DNA of 64,000 nt from a virus. The DNA lies in IMG/VR virus record IMGVR_UViG_3300013104_000002, positions 82,491 to 146,490 of that record; one strand, written 5' to 3'. Numbering within the stretch: the stretch's first letter is position 1; each line of letters starts with the position of its first letter. Of the stretch, positions 30,563 through 43,846 are shown one piece after another. The notes below the pieces were generated by a model. That model worked only from the letters and a program-made list of their open reading frames with translations. It made no database searches and was not told where the DNA came from. The position numbers were made by a program, and so were the translations under genes.

Positions 30563-32934
30563 GAATAAAACTTCCTATTCGGCGCAAAATAAAAAATAAA
30601 ACAGATGAAAACAATCAAACAATGGTTAGAAACATTAGAAGAACCATACAAAACAGAAGCTTTAAATAACTCATACTCTTCAAATGAAGCTATAGAAGTA
30701 ATGTCCCTATCAGAAGCTTTGAAATGGGCTTTTACTTGGTCAGTTACCAATGAAGGTCACTACTATTGGTGTAATTTACATTCAATAAATCTAAATTCAG
30801 AAAGATTTGAACAGGAAAGTTAATAGGTGTACAACCCCAACCCACAATAAATTTGACTTTCAAACAAGGGCAAAAAAGTGAATTTAACTTAAAAACAACA
30901 AAAATCAGGCGAAAATAGTGATTTTTTACCTATTCAAATATAAAGTATGGTTATGAAAAATCCAAATAAGAAGTTTGATAAGCAATTAGACACAATGAGA
31001 GAAGAGGCTTTACAGTATTTAAAGTATCTGGTATATAATAAGTTTAAGCAAAATAAGACCTTAAATTGTTTTGGTTTAGCTATGGGTGTTTGCTTTTGGG
31101 TTGATTTAGATAATGAGGTATTATATGACCATGAGGTAAATGATAAGTTTGTACAGGAATTTATTCAGGAATGGGATGATGTGTTTAAGCTTACAGGAGA
31201 AGGTATTAAATGGTTTAGGGATGGTTCTGTTATTACTGATTGGTAACTATTGTTTATCCTGTTTTAATTTCTTTTTCGCGCGAATTAATCAATTAAACTT
31301 AATACTATGAAAACTATAATTAACATAGAAAACCACATTATAAACCGTTTAAAAATTTACTGTGTGGATTATCAAAGCATAAGAGGATTTAACACTAATT
31401 ATTTAATACATGAAGCTTATAAACCTGAATATTTAACCTTAAAATATAATACAGTTTTAATAGGTTGTAAAGGGCATGAAATAAGTGTAACAGAATTGGA
31501 TATTAAATCTTTAATAAAACTATTTAGATTTATTGTAAGAGGTGGTAATTAGTAGTATTTTTTATTTCTGTTTTAATTTTCTTTTTCCCGCGATTTAACA
31601 ACTAATAACAAAACAACATGAAAGACTTAATAATAACAGCTTTAAACGAAGCTAATACGATTTTAGAGAAAAGAGTACCACAAACAAATATAGAAGTAAA
31701 GCAGGTTATTATAGAGGATGTTAACCCCTTGGAACTGGTTAAATTTATGAAGAAAAATAATATTCCCGATAATGCTTGGTTCGGGGGTATTGATAACGGT
31801 TATGATGGTTTTAGTGATGTTTGTTTAAATTACGATGTTATTTTACCCACTACAGAAAAAGAGAAATTAAAATTTAGACAAGAAAAGTTTAAACAAATAG
31901 CATTTAAACCTGTACATGATATTCTAATTAGTAACGGTTATAAAAGAGTAGGGTTTAATTCAGGATTATTAAAACAGTTTTCTGATACTAATGTATTTGA
32001 TATGTTCTTTAATAAAGAATTTGATAGGCTTGTAGAGTATTATTCGCTATCTTTTATCCTTGCTTAATTTTCTTTTTCCCGCCAATTTTAATAATTAAAA
32101 TGAATATTTATGAACGATAGTGTATTAGATAGACAAAGAAAAATTGAAAAACTAGAAAATGAACTCCTCTTAATAAAGCAAAACTTTAGATTACTAAAGA
32201 GAAATGATAAAAATTATAAACAAGTGAGAGATAGTATTAATAATATGTATAATAAAATAGAGAATTTAAGACAACGTAATAAGCTTTTAATTTCTTTTAT
32301 CGGAGATTTTTAACTTTTAAATTATTTACTATGAAACTATCTATATCGACATTTAAAATACTGTGCCACTTATGGAATTACCCCGAAGAAGTTTTAGAAG
32401 ATAGAGAATATCTTAATAAGACTTTATTGGCTTTAAATAGTCAGGATATTAATTTCAGTAAAAAAGAGAAAGAAACTGCAATAAAAGAAATAACTAAACT
32501 CTTAGATGTATTATGACAAACTTGCAATTAAAAAACGACATAGAAAAATTGCTATCTTATGATATGTACTGTTATAGTGATATTACAACAGATTACTGCC
32601 CTGAACTTGGTTTTATATTAGATGTTAAAGATAATAGTTATTTTTACACTAATAAGCAGGACAGAGATAATGATGATTCAGAGATTATGAAATTATTAGA
32701 AAATAAATTTTACATGTAATGAACTTAAACGAAAGAATTTTAGAAAATGACTACCCTGTTAACTGGGGTTATTTGTATGTAGCTGATAACAGAATAATTC
32801 GTTCAGATATACAAGGTACAATTGCAGACTTAAAAAGAGATTTAAGAAGTCAGGGAATTTCTTGCACAGTAATTACTTTATGTGATATTGAAGGTAGAAG
32901 AAAATTGATGACAGAGTAAATCAGTCAAAAAACA

Positions 32935-32994
32935 GGCAAAGGCGAGGTGCAGTCCGAAATAATAAGGAAATTGGGTTCGATTCCCTTTTTGCCA
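32935..32994 (+). ncRNA. tRNA-like mini element (acceptor stem plus T arm)
   Basis: GGCAAAG/TTTTGCC-A stem and GGG-TTCGATT-CCC T arm; only ~60 nt, no proper D or anticodon arm. Confidence 0.45.
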
Positions 32995-35900
32995 CTAATT
33001 TAAAAACAACTTAATTATGAAAACATTTGAACTAATACCAACAAACGGTAGAAAATCGTTTTACGGAAAAGCAAAAGTAATAGAGTCAGAAAATAAAATA
33101 GAACTGCAAAGTTATGATACTATTGTAGCTCAAATTATTGATGGTGTGTTTACTGTAAATGGTAAATATAGCCTTACTACTGATATTCATATCAAGAGTT
33201 TTAGAAAATTTTATTCTGTTTAATCTTTTTATGCGCGAAAATAATAACTAAAAACAACGTAATTATGAAATCAAATTTCCAAGTTTTTAAAGAGCAAGTA
33301 GGTAAAACAAGAACGTTTTTGTCTTCATTAATGGCTGTATGGGAGTCACCAAGCCACGATTTACTAGCATTATTGTTACAGAATCTTAGTTTTGATGGCT
33401 CAGAATGTATAAATTACAATTTCAATAAAGACTTTAAGAAGTGTGAAGACATTGTAAAAGCTTTAAAGGAGTTAAAAGGGAGAAGCGAATCTTGTCCAGT
33501 AACACAATATATTTGTGAGGAAGTAGATTTACTTTATACAGGATATGTAGTAATGGGTAATTGTTAAGCTATGAAAAATTACAATCTAATAAGAGCAGAA
33601 AATAATGAGCTACAAAAATTGCAAAAATTTAAAAAGCCTTTCACAGATTTTGTAAATACAATAGTTTACTCAGGAGAAGAAACTGATGAAGATATGTGTG
33701 AATTTTTTCTATTACAGGACAGCGAAAAAGAATTCGAAAAGTTAGACATAGAAATAGAAAAAACAGCCTTAAAATTAGCCAGACTTTTGGAATTAAAAGA
33801 ACAAGAATTAAAAAACGCTATAATAAACATGTTATGAGTATGGACTTACTACAAGACGCATTAGAAAAAGTGACTTATGAAATGGCTTCAACAATAAAAA
33901 GAGGTCAGGAAATAACGTTAAATGAAAAATATACACTATATTTGTATGAAGCAGGACAAAGCTTAGTTATAGTGGAAACAGAAGACTGGAAAGAAATTTA
34001 CTGGGTACAATATAATCCAGAGAATAAAGCTATTGATTATGGAGGACTTTAAAATGGAGAACTTACATCAAATTAAGAATTATCTTGCAGAAGCATCAAG
34101 AAGAGCCAATGATTTTGCCGATCAAAATAACGTTGAACTAATGGAATACTGGAAAGGTCAAGTTTTAGGAATGATTAAGATAATCAATCTTTTAGAATTA
34201 GATATTAATACGGAATTTTATATAAAACAAATACCTTAAACTATGGAAGATTTAAACATTAAATTATTAGAGGGTTATTTAACAGAGGGTAAAGATAACA
34301 AAGAAATAGAAATACAAGACTATGAAGATTTAGGAACAGAGATAAAAGTTTGGTACTATTGGTATACTCCAAATTTAGAAACTATATCTTTATTTGATTT
34401 AATCAGTTTTGTTTATAGTAAAAATTCAGTTTCTTTTTAACCCCTTTTTTTCGCCAAAAAAACAATTTAAAAAATAAAATTATGACAACAGTAACAGTAG
34501 ATATAGCAGAAAAAGATTTATTAAATTATACAATAATTGATAATATGAATTTAGAAATGTATGACGAAAACGGTCACAACAATTTATTTAAACAATATTC
34601 TTTCACGCTTTATCAAAAAAGAATTATGGGAGATGATAAAGTTACAATGCAAATATCTTTACATAGATTTTTATTGTTTAAAGGTTTTGGATTGGTAAAA
34701 TAACTATGTTTTTATCTATTTTTGCCGAAAATTATACATACATTTACAAAAAATACTTATTATGAATGATAGAAATATAAAGTTTGCCGAATTTATGGGT
34801 ATTATAAATACAGATAAAGATTTAGGAAAGTGGTTTTTAGAAAATCCAAAAGACGAAGAAATAAATTTTTCCTTTGATTGGAATAAAGTACACGAACTAA
34901 AAGAGTTTATAGAGAGTCAATACGAGGTTTTTGTGCATATTTTAGGTAAAGGCTGTTTAGTTACTACAACTAACTCAAAATTATTAGAAGCTAACGATTG
35001 GAATGATTGTTTAGCAATGTTAGAAATTTCTCCTGAGGAAGTACAAAGTATAACAGGAATTGAATGGGCTAACAGGGTTTTAGAAATATTTATAGATAAA
35101 ATAAAAAGATTATGAAAAAAGAAATATTAAAAGCTATTATGGAAAGATATGGCTCTCTATCAACATTAAAAACAGCAATGTATGAAGATTTAGATACAGT
35201 TATTGTTAATCTTTCTGCTGACTTAGATGATGAATATTCAGAGGAGGAAATTTCAGATTACGTAAGTTTAATTCTATAAACTACTAAATTAACGCATATG
35301 AAAGATAGACTAACAGATTATGACAAGAATTTCAGTAGAAGAGGCAATTAAAAAATTAGAGTTATGAAAATAGAATTGAAGGACTTAATGAATGACAACG
35401 AAATGTTATCTCATATTTTTTTAGGGTGCATCAAAAGGGAGCATATTATTAAAATACGAGACAAATATGTAAATGGTAAAGATTGGAGAACTGAATCGGT
35501 TAAAATACCTGTAGAGATGAAAATAGGTGGGATTCCTGTAAACCCTAAAGAATTTTTTGATAGCTGGAAAGACCAAATGCAAGATATGATTTTTAAAAGA
35601 GCAAAATCATTAGTTTCTGAAAAGTTAGGTTCTCAAAAGATGATAGACATGCAGAATAAACTTCAAGAATATGAAGAAGTTTTAAAAAGTTGGGAATCAG
35701 AAATTAAGTGGGATGTTGAAAACCCTTTAAAATAAAATTTCAATATAAAAAAGGAAACTATGAGAAACTATTTATTATTCAGCCTAGAACAGGACATGCC
35801 AATAAAATGGTTTGAAAAGTTCGACAAAGAAGAAATTAAAACAGCTATTATTAATCACCTAACAGAACATAAAACTGATCAATTAGAATTTTGTCGAGAA

Positions 35901-36232
35901 TTTTCCGCAAAAGATTTAAAAAAGTATATAGGATATGAAATTATAGATTTCTATCAAAACAATAATAACAAGGTTTGTAAAGTAATCACAAAAGGAAATA
36001 GAGAGTTTTATAAACCGTTAGATTCATACAAATGAAAGAACAATTAAGAGCTTTAATCACCAAGTTAGAGCAGGAGAATAGAAACAGAAGTATTATTTTA
36101 GAAGATGATAATACTTTACCTGAAACACATTATAATTTACGTGTAAAGTATAACAATACATTATATATTATTAAACAGTTGAAAGAGATTTTACTTTCTT
36201 AATTTCTTTTTTCGCGCAAAAAACTTAAAAAC

Positions 36233-36607
36233 ATGACAACACAAACAAAATCAATAAGATATTTCCAAAAAGGAGACTATATAGTAAGAACTGCTCCCTC
36301 AAAATCGTATGGAGATAGAAGTTACATAGGAGAAAAGTTAACTTTTATAGGTATTGCAAATGGTAATATTTATTTAGAAAGGGAAGAAGATAATGTAATG
36401 ACAAAAATATTAGGAACAAAACAAATAGTTTTAGCTTTAGATATATGGAATGAAGATTGGCAATATTGGGAGAATCCAGAAGATTTGTTTGCAAAAGAAC
36501 CTATCTTAAATGAAAAATATTTACAGTATTTATTAGATAAAGCAGTTCTTGAAGAAAATTATGAGGAGGCAGAAAAAATCAAAAACCAGTTAAAAGACTT
36601 ATTATGA
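36233..36607 (+). CDS. hypothetical protein with C-terminal UVR (UvrB/C) motif
   Basis: LLDKAVLEENYEEAEKIKNQLKDL. Confidence 0.6.
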   Translation: MTTQTKSIRYFQKGDYIVRTAPSKSYGDRSYIGEKLTFIGIANGNIYLEREEDNVMTKILGTKQIVLALDIWNEDWQYWENPEDLFAKEPILNEKYLQYLLDKAVLEENYEEAEKIKNQLKDLL

Positions 36608-38968
36608 TAAGATATAGAATAACACAGATATTTGCGATGCTTTTAGTAATTACTTTATTTACTACTATTATTGTAGGGATAGCTTGGTTATTTAATGCGC
36701 AACCAGAAAATTTATATAAAATCTGGAAATTTTTAGGGGGTTGCTTGGCAATTGCTTTTGTTTTTCAACTTTTATTCGGCGTAAAAATAGATTTTAAATG
36801 AAACAGACAGACTTAGAAGTCCTAAAAAGACTAAATAACGAAATAGACAGACAAGAAGTAATACAGTGGTTTAATGAAAACGACATAGATTATTTCACTA
36901 TGACTGATTTAGAAATGTATATAACTTATATAGAAAAAAACTTATGAAAACAATACAATTTACAGGAACAGAAATCGAGATAACTAATTTAAATTTCGCA
37001 TTAGATATTTCAGATAACATTTTACCTAAACAAACTGAAACAAGAGTTTATCTTTTAACAGTGGAAGATAGTGATATTTCAGAAGAAAATATGAGTGATG
37101 GAGAATTTATGAAATTAGCAGAAGAAAAGGGAAGTGTTTATTCTTTAGAAGGATTTCAACAGGCTTTTAATTGGGAAGAAGTTAATAGTAGCACCGATGT
37201 TATTAGATTTATAAATGTAACTATTTAATTCGAGGTAAAATGGAAGAAAACATAAAAATACTACAGACAAAAATTAAACTACTACAAGATATTAAACGAT
37301 GTGATAAGACTATCCTATATAATCTTAAAAATAAAGCAGGTGAGATTATAAATATCTTAAACTCTACTCGTGATAAAGAGAGTACAGTAGAAAGAAATAT
37401 CTACATCCTAAGTAAAGAACAAAGACAGACTTTAGAAGATCTTCTATACAGTCTAAAGGCAGATAACTTAACTTCACAAAGAACAGAGCAACATGTTAAA
37501 GATTATGTGCGGGAAAAAGAAATAAAACAAGAAATATTAGACGGACTATGAAACCAATAGATAGATTAAAACAACAATACTATTATGTTCTTTATTATAA
37601 AATAGACGAAGAGGTAAAAAAATACAGGAAAATAAGGTATCAAGCTATGAAAGAGTTTTGTTTGGACTGTTCTTTACTTTCTCCCGCCGAAATAGAAGAA
37701 ATGGAGCGAAGCGTAGGTGTTGAACATTAAAGAAATAAGATATGAAAATATATTCAGAACAAGATTTAAGAGAAGCTTTTAGGGCAGGTAGTAGCTACGG
37801 TATGAATTATGTAAGCTGGCTTTCAGAAGTAAAAGATGAAGATGAGTACATTGAAAGTTTAAATCCTAAACAAGTAGATGAAGAGAAAATAAGTTTTACT
37901 TATTCTTTTTTGCGCCGAAAATTAGAATGGGAAGATTTTTGTGATTTAACAGGAATTAACTACTACGCTACAAGAAACGGGTTTGAAATAAAAGACAATG
38001 AGATATTTGAAATTACAGAATCAGAAGCTAAAGAATATGACTTAATTTAGAAGCTATGAAAACAACTTTAAAAGTACTACATAAGAGATTTAATAAACCC
38101 GAATTAATATTAGAGACAACTATAAGCAGTTTTAAAATTTCTCAAACAAGAAAAAGTAACAAAGGGATAGACTGTTTTCAATGGTTCACAGAAGAAAGAT
38201 TTAATAAAGAATTTAAATTTTTAGATTAATTATGATAACAAAATACATCAGACTATTATCTTACGATGAAGCTTGCAAAGTAATAGATTTCGTAAATGAA
38301 AACTCCAAACATTATGCTTATATTACTATGGGCGGTGTTGGAGTACAGACAGAAGATTGGGCAGATTTAGAGAAATACATACAAACATTTACAAAAAGAT
38401 ATAATATTTCCAGCGAGCATCCCTATAAAACGGAGCAAAGAATAGTGAGTAATTTAAAGAATTGTTTTGAAATGTAGAAATTATGATAAAAGAAAAAGAC
38501 AGATTTAGATATTCCCTACAGCCATTTAAAGGTTATAAATTTAGAGCTATATATTTAGTTGAAGATAATGAGACAGGTGAACAATTAACAAATGTAGATG
38601 TTTATACAAATTGTGAAAACAAACAAATTGTTTTATTAGCCTTTTTTCGCGAATCAAAGAAAAAATATCCTCAACCACTTACAGCACAAATAATTCATTT
38701 TACTTCAAAGGAAGAACAAACACTTAGAGATATATGGAAGCATTAAAAATATTTAAATATTACTCCGACATAGGATACGATGTATTTTTTACTAAAATTT
38801 TCGGTAAAGAAGGACTAAAAATGGTAAAAAGGTATAGTTATAAAGCTGAGAGATCATTGGTTTGCACCCAGATATTCGAATACTCTGAGAAAAACGACAA
38901 AGAACTAAGAGAATGTTTACTATTCATGTATAATGATATTGAAGAACAAGAAGAAACTGGTAATTACT

Positions 38969-39661
38969 ATGAAGAAATTTAAAACTATACTAGTGGGGTG
39001 TGAGGAAAGTCAAGCTGTCACTATAGAGCTTAGAAAATTAGGGCATATAGCTTACAGTTGCGATTTACTTCCTTGTAGTGGAAATCATACAGAATGGCAC
39101 TTACAAATGGATGTTTTTAAAGCTATTGAGGGTGGAAAGTTAATCACTGAATCAGGAGAACTGATTTTAATAGATAAATGGGATATGGGAATTTTCTTCC
39201 CAGATTGCACATACTTAACTTGTAGTGCAGAATGGGCATATAAGGAGCCTCCGTATCATCAGAAAGTAAAAGAGGATACATTAACAGGTAAAAAAAGAAT
39301 AGAAGCGAGAGACAAAGCAATAGAATTTGTAAAAGCATTATATGACTCTTACATCCCTAAAATAGTAATTGAAAATCCTGTAGGAGTATTAGGGACTAGA
39401 TTTATGAAACCAACCCAGACCATTCAACCTTATGAGTACGGAGATGATGCGAGTAAAAGGACATGTTTATGGATGAAGAATTTGCCTAAATTAAAACCCA
39501 CACAATATGTAGCCCCCAGAATAGTAAACGGTAAGGAAAGATGGGCTAACCAGACAGATTCAGGACAAAATAAATTAACACCAACAGAAGACAGAGCAAA
39601 ATTAAGAAGTAAAACTTATCCAGGAATTGCAAAACAAATGGCAATCCAATTTACTAGATAA
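38969..39661 (+). CDS. DNA cytosine-5 methyltransferase-like protein
   Basis: ILVGCEESQ-x-V, SCDL, FPDCTYL, IENP, IQPYEYG...SK-x-TCLW, RSKTY-x-GIA; start moved to ATG 38969. Confidence 0.7.
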   Translation: MKKFKTILVGCEESQAVTIELRKLGHIAYSCDLLPCSGNHTEWHLQMDVFKAIEGGKLITESGELILIDKWDMGIFFPDCTYLTCSAEWAYKEPPYHQKVKEDTLTGKKRIEARDKAIEFVKALYDSYIPKIVIENPVGVLGTRFMKPTQTIQPYEYGDDASKRTCLWMKNLPKLKPTQYVAPRIVNGKERWANQTDSGQNKLTPTEDRAKLRSKTYPGIAKQMAIQFTR

Positions 39662-39672
39662 ATGATAATTAA

Positions 39673-40236
39673 ATGCGTAAAAGAAGGACTAAAATAAAAC
39701 AGGGAGATGTATTTAATAGATTAACAATAGTTTCATTTGCATATTCTGACTCAAAAAGAAAAAGTTACTTTAATGTGATTTGTGAATGTGGGAACGAAAA
39801 AGTAATTTGTGGGGCACTCATGATTTCAGGAAACACTAAAAGTTGTGGCTGTCTTTCAAAAGAGATTAGGGCAAAAAAGAGAATACCCGAAAACTATTCT
39901 GAAATAACTTCCATTATTTTAGGTTATAAAAGACATGCTAAAGATAGGGGGTTTATCTGGGGATTAAGGCGAGAAGATGTGAAAATTATTATATTCCAAA
40001 ATTGCAATTATTGTGGAATGCCTCCCATGAATATAAAAAGAACTAAGAATTCTATAGGAGAAGGTTTACGTTATTCAGGAATAGATAGAAGAGACTCCCT
40101 AAAGGATTATACCTTAGAGAATGTTGTACCTTGTTGTAAGATATGCAACTTTGCAAAAAGCAACCTCACTTTTATAGAATTTAAAGCTTGGTTAGAAAGA
40201 ATATGTGAAAATATTAATAAATGGGAAAATATTTAA
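39673..40236 (+). CDS. HNH homing endonuclease
   Basis: CECG...KSCGC N-terminus; CNYCG...GIDR-x-DS-x-x-x-Y-x-x-ENVVPCC-x-x-CN-x-x-K. Confidence 0.85.
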   Translation: MRKRRTKIKQGDVFNRLTIVSFAYSDSKRKSYFNVICECGNEKVICGALMISGNTKSCGCLSKEIRAKKRIPENYSEITSIILGYKRHAKDRGFIWGLRREDVKIIIFQNCNYCGMPPMNIKRTKNSIGEGLRYSGIDRRDSLKDYTLENVVPCCKICNFAKSNLTFIEFKAWLERICENINKWENI

Positions 40237-42101
40237 ATATGAAAACAATAGAAATTTACGGCACATTATACTTAACAGTAACAGCCGACGAGGCACAGGA
40301 ATTACCTGATGAAGGACATGAAATATATTTACTTAAAGAAGATGGGAGTTTGGACGATATTAACTTAGAAAGTATTTTATACGAAAATGTAGAGTATGTT
40401 GTTAAAATCGGCGAAATAGAAGAACTAAGAAGCGAGTACGAAGAAGGACAACAAAACAGATTTAGAAATAATGTGAGAATGAGTTTTGAAGATTTTATAG
40501 ATCAAAAAGTTGAAATGTGTTTGATATGAATAAAGTAGATAAATTACTAAAAGCATTAAAACCTTGTACAAAAGCTCTTATGAAACTTTCATTTAAAGAG
40601 TTTGAGGTTAAAGATGGACAAAAACAAATAAGTCCTACAATAAGTAATCAAAATATATTAATAGAGGATTAGTATGCACCAATTGACATCAGAAGAAATA
40701 CCACAAGAAATAATAGATAGATATATTCCGCAAGAAATAATATTAAGAGAGAAACTAATTAGAAAAATAAACGAGATGTATCAGTACCATCCAGAATCTT
40801 ATAATAATGCTTGTAAAGGTAATTACTCTTTTATTCAGGATTTATTAGAGAGACATATTTTTCATTACTGTTAATTCTTTTTTTGTATAAATGGGAATTA
40901 ATCATTATCTTTACAATTTAATATTAAATAAGTAAAGTAATGGTGGTTCAGACCATCTAAGAGTTCGAAGTTAGAAAAGAATTTATATCGATTTAAGTAT
41001 AAAGCTGATATGATGAAGTTTTTAAATAACAATTTTTACGAATCAGTAAATGGTACAGTTTCTTTAAATCATAACTCCTTTAATTGTAGTAACACAAGAA
41101 GAGAATGGTTTGTTTGGTATAATGATTATGCTATAAAAAACACTCCTTTAAAAATTGTTTTAAAACAAATGGATTTTAGAGGAAGAAAATTTATATCCAA
41201 AAATAATATAATTAGTAAAGAAGATAAAAGATACTTCGCTTTTTCAGAAAAAGTAATTAGATTGATGTGCAATATTTACGAAAATGATGAAAGGACAATT
41301 CTACCAAGTAAGGCTAAAAAATTAATAAATCTCTTTGAAAAGAGAGGATTTAAAGATTTTGAACCTTCTGAAGAAGACTGGACATATATCAATGGTCATA
41401 TAGGAGATGGTATCTCTTTTTGGCACTGGAGTGATAGATGTAACTTTTTAAGATGTAAAGTAATTTTAGAATATTTTAAAAGAGAAGGATTATGTTAGAA
41501 AAAGCACAAGAACTTAAAGGACTACAAAGTCAACTTAAGATAAAAGATGTACAAATAACTGAGAAAAAAGCTCAGATAGGAGAATTACAAAGAGAATTGA
41601 ATGTTTTACAGAATTCGCGCCAAAAAATCTTAGACAAAATAGAAAGAATTAAACCTAAAGAACAACTGAGAGTAACAGAACACAGTCTTTTAAGATATAT
41701 TCAACGTGTGAAGGGTATTGATTTAAAAGAGATTGAAAAAGAAATACTCGAGGATACTAGTTTAATAGAAGCCAGGAAAACTTTAGATACAGATGGTAAG
41801 TTTCCTTTAAAAGATGGAGGAAGAGTTGTAATAAAAAATTCAACAATTGTAACTGTAGAAAAGTAAATTATGAAACATTTTATCTATTTTGAATCTACCG
41901 AGGGAGGTATGAAATCAAATAAATATTCATTTAAAGATAACAATATAGAATTTAATCTATTTGGTTGGATGAATAAAAAATCTGGATGTAATATTTCAGA
42001 TACTCAACTACTGAATTGGGCGAAAGAATGTAAAATAGGAGACTATTTTGAACATAGGATGGGGACTTGTGTTAGGGTAAGTAAATAAAAACAGAAATTT
42101 C

Positions 42102-42132
42102 TTTGGTAAATTAAAAAATAGTATTAACTTTG
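42102..42132 (+). promoter_or_regulatory. Bacteroidota primary-sigma promoter
   Basis: TTTG 42102-42105, TAACTTTG 42125-42132. Confidence 0.65.
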
Positions 42133-42149
42133 ACAAAATTATAAAAGAT

Positions 42150-42905
42150 ATGAAACTAAGTAAACCACTTATTTACCACGATTTAGAAACGACTGGTGTA
42201 TCAACAGAAAATGATCGTATAGTTGAAATAGCAGCAATTAAGTATTTTCCAGATGGAAGTACAGAGGAAAAACATTTTTTAATTAATCCTGAAATACCTA
42301 TCCCTTTGGGGGCAGCAGAAGTGCATGGAATAACAGACGATAAAATTAAAGACGCACCTACATTCAAACAGTTAGCGGTATCTATGAGATCTTGGTTCGA
42401 TGGATGCGATTTAGCAGGTTATAATTCAGACCGTTTTGATGTTTTACTTTTGTCAGCAGAATTTGAGCGCGCAGGACTAGAAGGAATAACTTGGAATCCT
42501 GCATTGTTAGATATTTTCACAATGTATAGAAAATTATTTCCTAATACGTTATCAGATGTTTACAAAAGATTGACAGGAAAAGTACTTGAAGGTGCTCACG
42601 GAGCTATCAATGACATAAGATCAACTAAAGAAATAGCAGATATTTTAATTCCAAGTATGATTGAATTATCTGAAACACCTTTGGAAACTGTTGTTGATTT
42701 TGATAATTACATGCAGGGTAGTAATAAGAGGTATGATCTTGCGGGAAAGCTATATAAAGATGAAGAAGGGGTTGTTAGGTACAACTTTGGTAAGGATTTA
42801 GGTAAATCAGTTAAAGAGTTCCCTGGCTTCGGTCAATGGATGTTAAACCAATCTTTCCCCCAAGAGACAAAAAATAAATTAAAAGAACTAATATATAATA
42901 AATAA
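42150..42905 (+). CDS. DEDDh 3'-5' exonuclease (DnaQ-like)
   Basis: DLETTG, GYNS-x-x-FD, HGA-x-x-D. Confidence 0.9.
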   Translation: MKLSKPLIYHDLETTGVSTENDRIVEIAAIKYFPDGSTEEKHFLINPEIPIPLGAAEVHGITDDKIKDAPTFKQLAVSMRSWFDGCDLAGYNSDRFDVLLLSAEFERAGLEGITWNPALLDIFTMYRKLFPNTLSDVYKRLTGKVLEGAHGAINDIRSTKEIADILIPSMIELSETPLETVVDFDNYMQGSNKRYDLAGKLYKDEEGVVRYNFGKDLGKSVKEFPGFGQWMLNQSFPQETKNKLKELIYNK

Positions 42906-43846
42906 TGGAAGAAAAAAAGTACCTTTACTGGGCGATACAATCAAGTCAATCAGTAAACCCAACAGAAGAACAATTAGAGCTTTTTCAAGCTAAATATAAA
43001 GAAGATTATGAACAAGATTTAGTTTATGAAGGAGAAGATCTTTTAGATAAATTTAGATTAAATGGTTTTAGAAATCCTTTATTCAGCTCTATTACTTCGA
43101 TCATTTTAGCTTTTGAGAACGGAGGAGAGATGAGAGTGAAATATATTACAGGAAGTGAGGCTGATTTGTTACAGAATTTTGTAAACCTATTACGAAACAG
43201 TTTTCAAGATTATACCCTTATTAACTTTGATTCTGAAATTTTATTACCGTTTTTAGGTGTTCGCCTACATAAGAACAATTTTATCAACTTAATCCATCGA
43301 GACTTAAAATACCAAGGCGGAATGAGAAGCTGGAACTTTACAGGAATCTCAATAAAAGACTACTACAAAGGTGGAGGTAAATATAGTTTCTCTTTAAAAG
43401 AGATTGCTTACATTTTAAATATTGACACACAAGGATTAATCAACCATCGTGATGAATTTACTTATGTAAATGCAGGGGATGAAGAAGCTTTAAAAATTTC
43501 GGCTATAAAACAAGTAGAAGTAATGGCTGAGATTTGGAGAAAATTAAATGAACTTCCAAAACTGGAAACTAAATTAATTGAAGAAACAGTTAAAGATGTA
43601 GTTGAAGAGGAAAATACAGGGAAAACTCTTCTTAAGTCTATTTATCGCGCCGAAAACATTGACAACAAAACAAAAGAAGAATTGAAGAACCTTTTGGCTA
43701 AAAAGAAAATTCTAAAAAAAGATAAAGCTATTATAGAAGAAATTCTGACATCAATTTACATCAGTAATGAAATGTTTAAAACAGATTCAGACGCGACAAA
43801 AGAAAGAAAAAAACAAGAAATTAAAGACTTACTAAATGAGTATTAA
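42905..43846 (+). CDS. PolB-type 3'-5' exonuclease-like protein, apparently degenerate
   Basis: I-x-SI...SE-x-x-LL-x-x-F...N-F...LPFL-x-x-R...SL-x-EIA-x-x-L-x-I; ExoI/ExoII acidic residues not evident. Confidence 0.45.
   Translation: MEEKKYLYWAIQSSQSVNPTEEQLELFQAKYKEDYEQDLVYEGEDLLDKFRLNGFRNPLFSSITSIILAFENGGEMRVKYITGSEADLLQNFVNLLRNSFQDYTLINFDSEILLPFLGVRLHKNNFINLIHRDLKYQGGMRSWNFTGISIKDYYKGGGKYSFSLKEIAYILNIDTQGLINHRDEFTYVNAGDEEALKISAIKQVEVMAEIWRKLNELPKLETKLIEETVKDVVEEENTGKTLLKSIYRAENIDNKTKEELKNLLAKKKILKKDKAIIEEILTSIYISNEMFKTDSDATKERKKQEIKDLLNEY

Larger units (their letters stand above)
26720..42088 (+). other. early/host-takeover-type region of about 50 small co-directional ORFs
   Basis: Dense run of mostly 60-160-aa ORFs on +, mostly without recognisable motifs; includes paralogues 29659..30045 and 34762..35115 (N-x-x-x-A-x-F-x-G...DWN). 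Confidence 0.75.
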
